Below are positions 24,154 through 34,819 of a stretch of 64,000 nucleotides of DNA, in pieces (position 1 is the first letter of the stretch; each line of letters starts with the position of its first letter). The notes beneath the pieces were generated by a model. The model worked only from the letters and a program-made list of their open reading frames with translations. It was not told the origin of the DNA and ran no database searches. Origin of the DNA: Nemertoderma westbladi (Eukaryota > Animalia > Xenacoelomorpha); assembly GCA_032718475.1 (NCBI GenBank), contig JAUCBJ010007107.1, positions 1-64,000 of the forward strand. Direction: 5' to 3'. Both the position numbers and the translations under genes were made by a program.

Positions 24154-24197
24154 GTAATACGCGCTTTGTTTGCTGTAGGCTGTAGCGTACAGTAAAT

Positions 24198-24482
24198 AGA
24201 GTATTCTTAGGCTGTTAATTTAGATCACTGATACTTCGTATCAGTAATACGCGGTTTGTTTTGCTGTACTGCGTACAGTAAATACGAATTAGATTACTGT
24301 ATTAGGTACTGTACTGCGTACGGTGAGACAGAGAGTATTCTTAGGCTGTTAATTTAGATCACTGATACTTCGTATCAGTAATACGCGTTTTGTTTTGCTG
24401 TACTGCGTACTGTAAATACGAATTAGATTACTGTATTAGGTACTGTACTGCGTACGGTGAGACAGAGAGTATTCTTAGGCTG
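24198..24482 (+). repeat. 134-bp tandem duplication in the leader of element 1
   Basis: agagtattcttaggctg... recurs with period 134; each unit contains tatcagtaatacgcg (24239, 24373). Confidence 0.85.
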
Positions 24483-25616
24483 ATTAGTAGTATCACAGTA
24501 TTAAGTAATAAGTTGGAGCACGTGATCGTCTGCTGTAGGCTATAGGCTAGCGTACAGTAAGACATTGAGTTTATTCTATTAGGTTGTTAGTTTAGATTAC
24601 TGTATTCACTGGCTGCGTACAATAGTACAGTAGTACATTAGGCTGATTGTTGTTACTGCGTACGGTAGAAGGGACATTTGTTTTGCCGTACCACACACAG
24701 TATCATTAGGCTGTTAGGTTGGTGTACTGTTTTACTTACTGTACTGCATACAGTGAATGTACGGTAGTGCGTTTTTACTAATTGCGAATACAGCAGTTCC
24801 TTAGGCCTTAGGGCAAACAGTAATTAGTAAGTTTTTTGAAAATTTTAGCTAGGTTTGCGAGAATTCAGTTTTCGGTCAAAATTATTTTGTAAAATTCTAG
24901 AGTTTTGTACCGGTATGTTAGGTAACCGCTTAGTTATTTTATACCATCTGGAGATATATGGCAAGACGGAACTTCTGAGTTTGGGGTTCGTGTGGGTCTG
25001 CGGGTTCGGTTTGCAATCAGCGAAGGGCCTGAATCTTTGGACGCGGACGTGGAATCTCACAGCAAACAAGGTTGGTTGTTCTGTTGGCACCAGTGTGTTT
25101 GTGGAAGCAGTAAAAAATTACCGGTTGTTTAACTGCGAAGCTGAACTCAATTTATTAGTTAGGATATTTAGGTTTAGCCGGCCATGGTTTTTTGAATCGC
25201 TCAAGTTAGAGAGAGAGTTAGAGAGAGTCGCAACCCGAAGATGTAGCCACGCGCTAGTGGATACATATAATATTTGAAACTAAAATTACGTTGATTAGAG
25301 CTATATATATAAAATTAGAAATATTCGGGTGGCAAGTATATTTTGAATATTTTGTATTAGATTCAGAGTTATTTTGTGCTATACCGGTATTTAATGCTAT
25401 ATAATAGCTATATAATAATATTTTGTTTAAATATTGTGCTAGTATTTGCTATAACTATATACCCCATTAAATTCACAATATTGCATTGCGAATTTATTTT
25501 GACATTTGGACCAACTGATTATTTGACAAATAATTTGACCGTATTTCGGTTAAATTATAATTATATCTCGAACTTTGCGAGATATTTTTGCCGGAAGGCA
25601 AAATATTATTTAGACT

Positions 25617-28600
25617 ATGAGTGTCTCAGACAAAGAGGCACTAGAGGACAGCTATGAGACGGCGGCTGGACCGCCGACTGACGATAGCGTAAATATTACT
25701 GTTGATGACAATGCCGACTATGACGACGCAGCGAGCGACGCTGACGTAAGTGAACAGGAGGACGAGACAGTGACTAGTGAGGAAGAACAGCAGCCTCATG
25801 TAATAGTATTAGGATCCCCTACCGCTACTGTAAGGAAGGATTGTACAGCAACCCAACCAGAGGTGAGTGATAGGGAGGGTAGTGTAGCAGAAGCGAGAGC
25901 CCGGAGCCCGGTTTCCAGACCTGTGGGTATGGTAAGTGCCGTGGTCCCGACGGCTGTTAGGAGTACCCGTAGTTTCCGAAATAATCCTTCAAGTCCACCA
26001 AGTGTGAGTCAGGTAAGCGAGAGAGAACTTGATATCGCGATAAAGAAGAAACTTCGCGCGCATGCCGGACATATAACTCGGACGGCGGACAAGGTAAGGA
26101 AGATGTTAGCTGACCCAGCGAACATCGGGAGGGTAGAATTAGTAGAGATTAGAAGAGGATATAACTCAGCGTTATTCAAGCAGACGGAGGAGCTTGCAGT
26201 CCTAGCGAAGAAGGCAGTAGAGTCTCAGTCGAGCGACGTAGCAACGAGGATTTACGACAGGGTTTTAGCAGCCTTGTTAGAGCACCGCGAGTTATCGGAG
26301 CGATTCCGGCGAGTTAGGACGGAGAACTGGCTGCTATGGGCATCACAAACGCAGGCGACTCAGGTGAGTGACGCAGAGTTAAGAGACTTAGTGGAGCGGG
26401 AAGAGATCCAAGATAAGGAAGAGCGCCGTTATCAGAGGGAAGTTACTAGCTGGCTGATGCAGAATGGAGTGGTGGTACCAGGCCAGGTGCTACCGACGAC
26501 GGAGAACATTCAACAGAGGACGTTAACTCCACCCGACGATGCATCCAGAGACAGCGGCGATTCCCAGGTTAGTCACGCGCGAGGGAAAGTAATATGTGCT
26601 AGATCCCTTGTTTCTCACAACTCGGCGGAGGAGAGAAGACGCCGACTAGACGAACAGCAGGCGGAAGTTTTGCGTGCACAGGAAGCACGGAAGGAAGCCG
26701 AGCGGGAACGGGAGCGCACACGTAAGTTGGACGCAGAGTTACGAGAGTTGGAAGAGATAAGTAAGCGCGAGCGAGCGGAACGCGAGCAAAGGGAACGTGA
26801 ACTCCAAGCCGAGCGCGAGCGCGAGGAACTCGAATGCGAACAGAGAGAACGCGAACTCCAACTTGAATGCGAACGGGAAGCGAAGAAACGCGAACTCCAA
26901 CTCGAACGCGAACAGGAAGCGAAGAAACGCGAACTCCAAGCCGAACGCAAGCGCAAGAAACTCGATCGTGAACAGAAGGAGCGCGAGCTTCAACTCGAAT
27001 GCGGACGCAAGGAACGCGAACTCGAGATCGAGAAAAGAAGACGCGCATTGTATGAAGAAAAGGCGCGAGTGGAAGAAGAGAGCGCAGCGAGACGAGCGAG
27101 GGAAGAAGAAGAGCGTAAACTGGCGCAGTTGGAAAGTGCGAGATTAAGTTTAGAGAGCGAAGAACGGACTAGGAAGGCGAACGAAATCGCCGAGAAGGGG
27201 ATGCGAATGCTCGAAGAATGTGGGGCGAGTGTGGGGACAGAGTTGCGAGAACTGTTCGCACTGCAGAAGGCCGAACAGGAAGCGAGAACTCCGACTATAC
27301 GCGAGTCAACGACGACCAGAATTCCTATACCCGGTCCAGCTATTACGAGTACACGGATCGTTAAACCGTTCTCTACATATCGCACGCCAGTTGGTATTAG
27401 TGCTTCACCTATCGCCCAGGATCTACGTCATCGGAACGCCGCACCACTGTATACCGAACGTGACAACGGAGAATTTAGAGAAGAAACTCCAACGGGACGA
27501 GTATTTGGCGAACCGAACCCGCGGGTTTGGAATACGCGGACGGAGCGCCGACCCAGTTCGACGGAGAACTTCCGGGTTAAACCGGAAGAGGGATCATATG
27601 AGAGACAGCGGATTACTCAGATAGAGCCGACTATACAACAGAACCCTAGCCAGGAATTTATTACGAGGGATGAGTTAAGTGCTAGTTTAGCGCAAGCTAT
27701 ATCGCCGCACATCCAACCTATAACGGACATGCTTAGCAACCTACGGTTAAAGGAAGCAGCCCAGGTAAGAAGTAATTCTAATCCTAGCAGGCCTGAGTTA
27801 GATAAAGTCCAGCCTAGTCAACGAGTACGCATATCGGAGGAGACTATACCACATAGACCTCAGGTAAGGACGCCTGTCCCGAATATCCATAATCCCAATT
27901 TCGAAAATTCGGCAGAAAGATTTATTGAGGAAGCTTGGGTCAGGGCCTCGGCGCGCAAACCATCGCGAGTGCTAAGGACTGACACCGAGTCAAGCGATGA
28001 AGAGGAAGACATGAGACGTCAGAAGTCCCGAAACTATAAGGAAAGAAGGACGGACGCGGAGCAGGTAAGTTGGAACCACCGGGAAAGGACCAGACTTAAC
28101 AACCCTGCGGAACTAAACCATTTGTTAACCCGGAACGACGCAACCCTTAGGGACATAGGTAAGTTTGCTGCTAGGCAAGGACTGCCGACGCAGCAACCCC
28201 AGAAGTTTATGGGTAACCATAAACATTGGAGGACCTTCAAAACCTATGTCGACGAGCAGCTAACCAACAGCACCTTTACTCCCAACGAAAAGTTCAACTA
28301 TTTGCTTCAGATGCTCCATCGAGAACCTAGAGCCATTGCTGATAACTTCGTCGGCAATGAACGGGCATTCGAATTAGCGATGAAGACGCTTAGCGACATC
28401 TACGGGAATAAAACGAAGATGGCGCAGTCGATAGTAGAAGACTTGGGTAAGGGCGGAAGGATTACAACTCCGTTAGAGCTGTTGAACTTAGCGAACGCTA
28501 TTTCGAACGCATTGGACATCTTGAGGACGGTGAATCTACCTCATCATGGTGATCACGCCGAAGTTTTGAAAAGCGTAATAAGACGTTTAAACATGCGTTA

Positions 28601-31600
28601 CAGACAGAAATGGCGCAAATTAGAGAATAAGTTGGAGGGCCAAGGTAAGGTGTTGACACTTCAGCATATTCATGACATGATAGCCACAGACGCAGTAGCA
28701 GAGATGAAATCAAACTTCTCAGAGGAGAATATGAGGGAGTCTAAACCTGTTACCGGTAAGTCTATGGTAAGTTTTGACGATGACAGGACCACTGTGACAT
28801 TTAACTCAGTAGACAGATATAATTCGAATACCCCAGCCTTTAGATCAGACTCGCGAGTATGGTCAGGTGAGCGGTTAGATAGACCTAGGTTAAAGCAACA
28901 GGAGTTGCCGGATGGATTTGTAGGTTGCCAATACTGTTTACTAAAGGAGGTAAGATCTGACGACCATAAGTTAGATAGTTGCAGACGGTTCAAAGAATTA
29001 AATTCGGAACAGAGAAGAGTTCAAGTGCGGACGTTGGACACCTGTTGGGCTTGTCTTGCGCCAGGTCATGTACGGCGGCAGTGCCCGAACAGCAAGGACG
29101 GATGCATGGAATGCGGCAGACTACATCACAAGTTGCTACATGCGGATTTCCACACCCCAACGGACCGTTACTTACAGCGAAATCCTCAAAGGAAGGGGAG
29201 CAAAGAACCCGTATCGATAAGGAGGAATACGTACACTGGCATCCAGGACGATGGTTACCAACCAGGTTCGTCGGACGAGGATGGCGAGTCGAGCGCGAGA
29301 GAAGTGACCTGCCAAGGTTTCACTGCGGATAGTTCATCGACCAGCGCGCGGACGTATTTATCATCGGCAACGTCGGAAATATTTAGCGTGATTCCGGTGA
29401 AACTCACTGGCGATAAGGGATCGAAGCGAATATATGTGATGTTGGACACTGCGTCCACATTATCTTATATCGACGAGGAAGTGGCGAGAGCCGTTTCTAG
29501 CTTCCAGGACGCCGAGGAGATCCAAATAGAGTTGAAGTCTATGCATGGAGTAGGAGACCTCAAGGGACACAGAATTTCGGTAGAACTTGATTCCCTACTT
29601 CCGAGAGACCAGCATACTCGACAAGAACGGAAAGCTTTGCCATTGGACGGATTTAAGTGTCTAGCTATGAAGGGATTCGGCAGGCAGTTAGGTAAGGTGC
29701 CGCCGATGAGTCCCATAGCACAGGAGTATTTTGACAAGCTCAGGATACCCAGACATCAGGTAGGTTATAGGAATGTTTCTATGTTGATTGGTGCAGAACA
29801 GCTGATCGCACACCAGATATGGGAAACGAGACCAGCTGAGCCGCATGTCAATGGACCACATGCCCATAGGACCATACTAGGTTGGTATACACGAGTACCC
29901 ATGTCTTATGAGTTTACAGGTGGCGACAAGCCAATGGACAGATACGATGAATTACAGCCTATAACTCAACCACCGTTAGTAGAACCACCAGACATAGACG
30001 AGTTTAGGAGAACCTGTATTGACCACTATAGTGACTTTAGCGAGTCGGACGAGGAGTTGATTCCCGATAACGTTAGGTTGTCGGAACCACTTCATAATGA
30101 CCGGACAGATAGTGAACCCGAGGACTACTGTTATCAGACCCGTGGGTCTGGTTCAGCGGCCCACGCTACCTATTTGACTAACGTTTTGACTTATACCGAC
30201 ATAGTGGAGGGTCAAGTGGCTAAATATCGAGACCTAGACATTTTCCAATACAGTGAGGAGGAATTACAGAAGGAATTGATACGCCAGGACCTCGAAACAG
30301 GAGCTAGAACCGTCGAATGGCTGGATAGGGACGCAATGGAACCCGGTGGGTATGATCTAGCCATGTCTACTGATGAGAAACGGTCGCTGGAGATGATGGA
30401 AGATACCATACGTCTACTACCGACTGGACATTTTGAAGTTGGAATGTTGTGGCGTCGACAACCACCTAAGTTGGAGAACAACTACAGCTTAGCCTTGAAA
30501 AGATTGAACGGAGTAAGGGCTCGGTTGTTGAAGAATCCGGACATTAGGGAGAAGTATTGCGCCCAGATCAACAACTATTTCGCCAAGGGATTTGCTGGGA
30601 AGGTAGAGGACCCTGACTTAGTGACAGACCAGACTTATTACCTTCCACACCACTATGTGACTCACCCTGACAAGCCAGACAAAGTCCGAGTAGACAACGA
30701 CTGCGCAGCAGTCTATAGAGGTATGTCCCTAAATTCAGAGTTGATGGATGGTCCCAACCTGAATAACTATTTGATTGGAATACTGTTGCGTTTTAGACAG
30801 CGGCGATTCGCATTTACTTGTGACATCGAGGCGATGTTCCACCAGGTAAGAGCCTGTAAGGCAGACCAGGATAGCCTTCGATTTCTCTGGTTTGAGAATG
30901 AAGACTTATCCGGCCCAGTGGTTACATACCAGATGTACGTAAGGATATTTGGCGCCCGCGATAGTCCAAACGGCACGCTGTTTGTGCTAAAGAAAACGGC
31001 AACAGCCCAGATTGGTAAGTACCCAGTAGAAGTAATCGAGTCCATCTTGAGAAACTTCTATATGGACGACGGATTGGTGTCCAAGGACACAGCGGAACAA
31101 GCCATAGAAGTGGCTCATGGCCTGCAAGAGTGCTTGGCTACAGGGGGATTTCCTCTGACCAAGTTCACTACTAATTCGGAGGCCCTATTAGAATCGTTCC
31201 CGGTAAAAGATCGCGGGAGCGGAGACATAGAATTGGGGGTAGAACCAATCCCCATGGCGCGAGTACTGGGACTCGCTTGGAACCCGAACTCGGATAAGTT
31301 CCAGGTAAGAGTTAGATTTGAGCCCAGTAGCCCAGACAAAGTTTTGACAAAGAGAATTTGCTTATCGACATTAAGTAGACTATTTGACCCGATGAACTTT
31401 ATCAGTCCGGTTATATTACAGGCACGAGCGTGCATGAGGAAAATTTGGTTGTCCGACTTAGAGTGGGACGAACCAATATCTCCTATACATGCAAAGCAGT
31501 GGAGGGAGTGGGAAGCCGAGTTGCATCTATTGAAAAATATAGATGTACCCCGTTCCTACTTTCCGAATCAGCTGGTATTTCCAGCTGATTTAGAACTGCA

Positions 31601-34055
31601 TTTATTCAGTGACGCAAGTGATACCGGCTTTGGTATGGTAGCCTACCTTCGCCGAGAGGTAAGTCAGGACAAATTTGAGACGGCCTTTGTGACTTCTAGA
31701 TCAAAGACAATGCCGGTCAAATATATGACTGTCCCTCGTGCAGAGTTACAGGCGGCTGTAGTTTCGGTCGAGGTAAGTAAGCAAATAACTGAGGAGTTAG
31801 ACACGACATTGACCTTATTCTATTGGACGGACGCATCCTTGGTGTTAGTATACATTGCGGCCGACAATATTGCACTAAAGACATTTGTTGCCAACAGACG
31901 CGCTCAGATCGTTGATTTTTCGACGAAGGAACAATGGAGACATTGTCCGGGAGTGTTGAACCCGGCCGACATAACTTCGAGAGGTGCAATGCCGGCGGAA
32001 TTCTGTCAGGAAGAGTCGCAGGAGTTTTGGTTGCATGGACCTGAATTTCTAACGAGGACACAGGAACATTGGCCAGAGCGACTAAAGATAGTGACCAATC
32101 CGATGCCTGAAGATGCAGAAGTCAAAGTGGAGAAAGTCTCTAAGTCGAAGTCTAAAGCCAAACTTAAGTCATTGGAGCGGCCTGAAGAGTCATTGGAGCG
32201 GCCTGAAGAGTCATTGGAGCGGCCTGAAGAGTCATTGGAGCGGCCCGGAGACCTGTCAGACCAACAGACTTACGTGACTACTAGGTCCGGAAGGGTAAGT
32301 TATGACATCAAACCACCCTTACAGACTAAACCGCAGTCACAGTTGGTAAGTGACGGACAGAAAATGACCGACACAATGGAGCCTTTGGTTTCCAAACCTG
32401 CGGGTTTGGATTCGAAACTTCCATTAGTTAGCGGACAACCGTCGCTGGCATTAGAGTCATGCAGTGTTTATGACAAATTACTAAATTCGTCTGCCTCTTG
32501 GCTGACAATTTGTAAAAGAACTGCGTGGTTAAGCCGATACGTTTCGTACCTTTGTTTAAAACATTCGAAACATTTGAGAGAACCATTGAGCACCAATAGT
32601 GAGCGAATTCGGAAATTGAAACAACCTCTGACAGAGGATGAGATTGATCAAGCGGAATTAAAGCATTTGAAACATTATCAAATGTGTGCCTTCCCCAAAG
32701 AATTCCATCTATTATCGGCTCAACGACCAGTTCTCTATAAACCCCTTAGAAAATGGAGTCCATTAATCCATAAGGGTTTAATTTGTCATAGATCGAGAAT
32801 CCAGACTGTCGACATAAACTCACAGTTTCGGTTCCCAGTGATAATCCCTAGTCACCCAATAGAATTGCAAAGAGCGATTCTATGGGATATACACAAGAGG
32901 TTGCATCACGCGGGAAAGTTACACTGTTTGTCGGCAGCGAGACAGCGATTCATTCTATTGCAGCCAAGCAGGGCAGTCGGCACTATGTATGACGCCTGTC
33001 TGGTTTGCAAAAGGGTGAACGCCAGAGTATTGGAACAGGAGATGGCTGAACTCCCGGAAGCGAGAGTGCAGGCATATGACCCACCCTTTACGAATACAGG
33101 GGTGGACTGTTTTGGTCCGATTGAGGCAAAGAGTGGACGGCTGACCCACAAGCGATGGGGTCTGCTACTGACATGTATGGCTAGTAGAGCCATACACATC
33201 GAACGTGTGGCAGACATGTCGACTAAATCTCTGCTCCTGGCCTTAAAGAGATTTATGGCCAGGAGAGGACTAGTAAAGGCGTTCTACTCTGATAAGGGTA
33301 CAAACTTTGTCGGAGGGAATAGCGAGTTGAACGCGGCTCATAAAGCAGCACAGAATAAGGAAATTTCTGCAGCACTTTTGCCGCAACGAGTAGAGTGGAG
33401 ATTCAATACTCCAGAAAGTCCTTGGAGAGGAGGAAGTTGGGAGCGTTTGGTTCGCTCTGTGAAGCAGGCCATTGCCAAAACATTGCCTGTGAACAAACAA
33501 CTTACCGACGACGAACTGGTCACAGCCTTTATTGAAATCGAGCATACCCTAAACTCGAGGCTGATAGCTATGTTGCCAGACGGTGTTGCATTAACGCCGA
33601 ATCATTTGCTAATGCAGAGTCCAGCATTTCTTGTGCCGGCATCAGAACCCATTAGTGCCGACCTATATAGTCGTAAAAGCTGGAAGGTGACACAATTAGT
33701 GGCGTACACATTCTGGGAATATTGGCGGGAATACTATCTTCCCACCATATCCACCAGAACAAAGTGGTACAAAACGGTTCGGAGTCTCCAAAGGGGAGAT
33801 TACGTGTTGATAACCGAACCCATTGTCAAGAGAAAGTATTGGGAGACAGGAGTGATCTTGCACACACACCCAGACGTGCAAAACATAGTGCGCACAGTCA
33901 CTGTGAAAATTAGGTGCAAGTGTCCGCACCCAAAAAAGTGTAAAACTAATGGTTTACACACCTTGGACCGACCGGTCCAAGATATTGTGTTATTAGAGGA
34001 GACACGCATCGAGACGGGAGATTATAGTTTGTCTCCTGCCTCAAAACAGAGTTAG
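25617..34055 (+). CDS. BEL/Pao Gag-Pol polyprotein (2812 aa)
   Basis: Coiled-coil E/R repeats; Pao gag (FMGNHKHWRTF...EKFNYL); knuckles CWACLAPGHVRRQC and CMECGRLHHKLLH; protease LDTAS; RT DIEAMFHQ...FYMDD; RNase H FSDAS, PRAELQAA, WTDAS, NPADITSRG; integrase HHAG..CLVC, GVDCFGP, SDKGTNF, WERLV; order PR-RT-RH-IN. Confidence 0.97.
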   Translation: MSVSDKEALEDSYETAAGPPTDDSVNITVDDNADYDDAASDADVSEQEDETVTSEEEQQPHVIVLGSPTATVRKDCTATQPEVSDREGSVAEARARSPVSRPVGMVSAVVPTAVRSTRSFRNNPSSPPSVSQVSERELDIAIKKKLRAHAGHITRTADKVRKMLADPANIGRVELVEIRRGYNSALFKQTEELAVLAKKAVESQSSDVATRIYDRVLAALLEHRELSERFRRVRTENWLLWASQTQATQVSDAELRDLVEREEIQDKEERRYQREVTSWLMQNGVVVPGQVLPTTENIQQRTLTPPDDASRDSGDSQVSHARGKVICARSLVSHNSAEERRRRLDEQQAEVLRAQEARKEAERERERTRKLDAELRELEEISKRERAEREQRERELQAEREREELECEQRERELQLECEREAKKRELQLEREQEAKKRELQAERKRKKLDREQKERELQLECGRKERELEIEKRRRALYEEKARVEEESAARRAREEEERKLAQLESARLSLESEERTRKANEIAEKGMRMLEECGASVGTELRELFALQKAEQEARTPTIRESTTTRIPIPGPAITSTRIVKPFSTYRTPVGISASPIAQDLRHRNAAPLYTERDNGEFREETPTGRVFGEPNPRVWNTRTERRPSSTENFRVKPEEGSYERQRITQIEPTIQQNPSQEFITRDELSASLAQAISPHIQPITDMLSNLRLKEAAQVRSNSNPSRPELDKVQPSQRVRISEETIPHRPQVRTPVPNIHNPNFENSAERFIEEAWVRASARKPSRVLRTDTESSDEEEDMRRQKSRNYKERRTDAEQVSWNHRERTRLNNPAELNHLLTRNDATLRDIGKFAARQGLPTQQPQKFMGNHKHWRTFKTYVDEQLTNSTFTPNEKFNYLLQMLHREPRAIADNFVGNERAFELAMKTLSDIYGNKTKMAQSIVEDLGKGGRITTPLELLNLANAISNALDILRTVNLPHHGDHAEVLKSVIRRLNMRYRQKWRKLENKLEGQGKVLTLQHIHDMIATDAVAEMKSNFSEENMRESKPVTGKSMVSFDDDRTTVTFNSVDRYNSNTPAFRSDSRVWSGERLDRPRLKQQELPDGFVGCQYCLLKEVRSDDHKLDSCRRFKELNSEQRRVQVRTLDTCWACLAPGHVRRQCPNSKDGCMECGRLHHKLLHADFHTPTDRYLQRNPQRKGSKEPVSIRRNTYTGIQDDGYQPGSSDEDGESSAREVTCQGFTADSSSTSARTYLSSATSEIFSVIPVKLTGDKGSKRIYVMLDTASTLSYIDEEVARAVSSFQDAEEIQIELKSMHGVGDLKGHRISVELDSLLPRDQHTRQERKALPLDGFKCLAMKGFGRQLGKVPPMSPIAQEYFDKLRIPRHQVGYRNVSMLIGAEQLIAHQIWETRPAEPHVNGPHAHRTILGWYTRVPMSYEFTGGDKPMDRYDELQPITQPPLVEPPDIDEFRRTCIDHYSDFSESDEELIPDNVRLSEPLHNDRTDSEPEDYCYQTRGSGSAAHATYLTNVLTYTDIVEGQVAKYRDLDIFQYSEEELQKELIRQDLETGARTVEWLDRDAMEPGGYDLAMSTDEKRSLEMMEDTIRLLPTGHFEVGMLWRRQPPKLENNYSLALKRLNGVRARLLKNPDIREKYCAQINNYFAKGFAGKVEDPDLVTDQTYYLPHHYVTHPDKPDKVRVDNDCAAVYRGMSLNSELMDGPNLNNYLIGILLRFRQRRFAFTCDIEAMFHQVRACKADQDSLRFLWFENEDLSGPVVTYQMYVRIFGARDSPNGTLFVLKKTATAQIGKYPVEVIESILRNFYMDDGLVSKDTAEQAIEVAHGLQECLATGGFPLTKFTTNSEALLESFPVKDRGSGDIELGVEPIPMARVLGLAWNPNSDKFQVRVRFEPSSPDKVLTKRICLSTLSRLFDPMNFISPVILQARACMRKIWLSDLEWDEPISPIHAKQWREWEAELHLLKNIDVPRSYFPNQLVFPADLELHLFSDASDTGFGMVAYLRREVSQDKFETAFVTSRSKTMPVKYMTVPRAELQAAVVSVEVSKQITEELDTTLTLFYWTDASLVLVYIAADNIALKTFVANRRAQIVDFSTKEQWRHCPGVLNPADITSRGAMPAEFCQEESQEFWLHGPEFLTRTQEHWPERLKIVTNPMPEDAEVKVEKVSKSKSKAKLKSLERPEESLERPEESLERPEESLERPGDLSDQQTYVTTRSGRVSYDIKPPLQTKPQSQLVSDGQKMTDTMEPLVSKPAGLDSKLPLVSGQPSLALESCSVYDKLLNSSASWLTICKRTAWLSRYVSYLCLKHSKHLREPLSTNSERIRKLKQPLTEDEIDQAELKHLKHYQMCAFPKEFHLLSAQRPVLYKPLRKWSPLIHKGLICHRSRIQTVDINSQFRFPVIIPSHPIELQRAILWDIHKRLHHAGKLHCLSAARQRFILLQPSRAVGTMYDACLVCKRVNARVLEQEMAELPEARVQAYDPPFTNTGVDCFGPIEAKSGRLTHKRWGLLLTCMASRAIHIERVADMSTKSLLLALKRFMARRGLVKAFYSDKGTNFVGGNSELNAAHKAAQNKEISAALLPQRVEWRFNTPESPWRGGSWERLVRSVKQAIAKTLPVNKQLTDDELVTAFIEIEHTLNSRLIAMLPDGVALTPNHLLMQSPAFLVPASEPISADLYSRKSWKVTQLVAYTFWEYWREYYLPTISTRTKWYKTVRSLQRGDYVLITEPIVKRKYWETGVILHTHPDVQNIVRTVTVKIRCKCPHPKKCKTNGLHTLDRPVQDIVLLEETRIETGDYSLSPASKQS
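32167..32245 (+). repeat. In-frame 21-bp tandem repeat (SLERPEE x about 4) in the RNase H-integrase linker
   Basis: agtcattggagcggcctgaag at 32167, 32188, 32209, 32230. Confidence 0.9.
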
Positions 34056-34819
34056 TGTTGGACGCAACTCACTTCGTATGCATTCCTCGTATGCAAATAC
34101 AAGGAAATGCATAGGAGCGGGGTTGTGGTGATTTGCGTTGAGTTTTGTCTGGTGGGTATCAAAACAAAATTTTATTTTCAAAAATTTTGGAAAATTTAAA
34201 ATTTTTAAAAAATTAGAAGTGAACCCAAGACAATTCCAGACGCTGTGTATAGACGCGTTTTAGAATTCGTCTATAGATAAACAGTAATTTGAAAAGTCGT
34301 GAAGCCTGGAAAATAGCATTTAGAAACCATGGTGACGGCTATATTACGTAGGAGTGTAAATTGAGTTTAGCAACTTCCACAGATTGGTGCCAACAGTGCA
34401 ACTAAGGTGCTAAAGGTTAGTAGCACCAGAGGGGTGCACGGACCCCACTCAGTAGTTTGCAGGATGTGTGATGTTCGATTATCAAACCTGTGGGTTTGGT
34501 ATAGTCGAGTATTGTGGCTATAGTCCTTTCTAACTACTGTAGTTTAGTACGAGTAATGGGAGTAGTTTGGGCATCAAAAAGTGAGTTGGTCACGGCCAGT
34601 TTATCTCCAAAGTTTTTGCGCTATGCATGGGAATAGGTTAGAGGATAGTTAGTTAGGAAGAGACGGGATCTAGAGAGTCGAACCTGAACTGCTGGAAGGC
34701 GGGGGGGGGGGGGGTTCGGGAGGTCTGTCCTTCGGCGACATCTAACTGATTTACCCACAGTGTAGTTGGTTACGTAACGGCACTTATTGGGATATATATA
34801 TGTATATACGCGTAACATA

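Noticed and set aside
30370-30382. ctgatgagaaac hammerhead-like string in pol
   Set aside because: No helix II or flanking helices; explained by coding sequence (TDEK)
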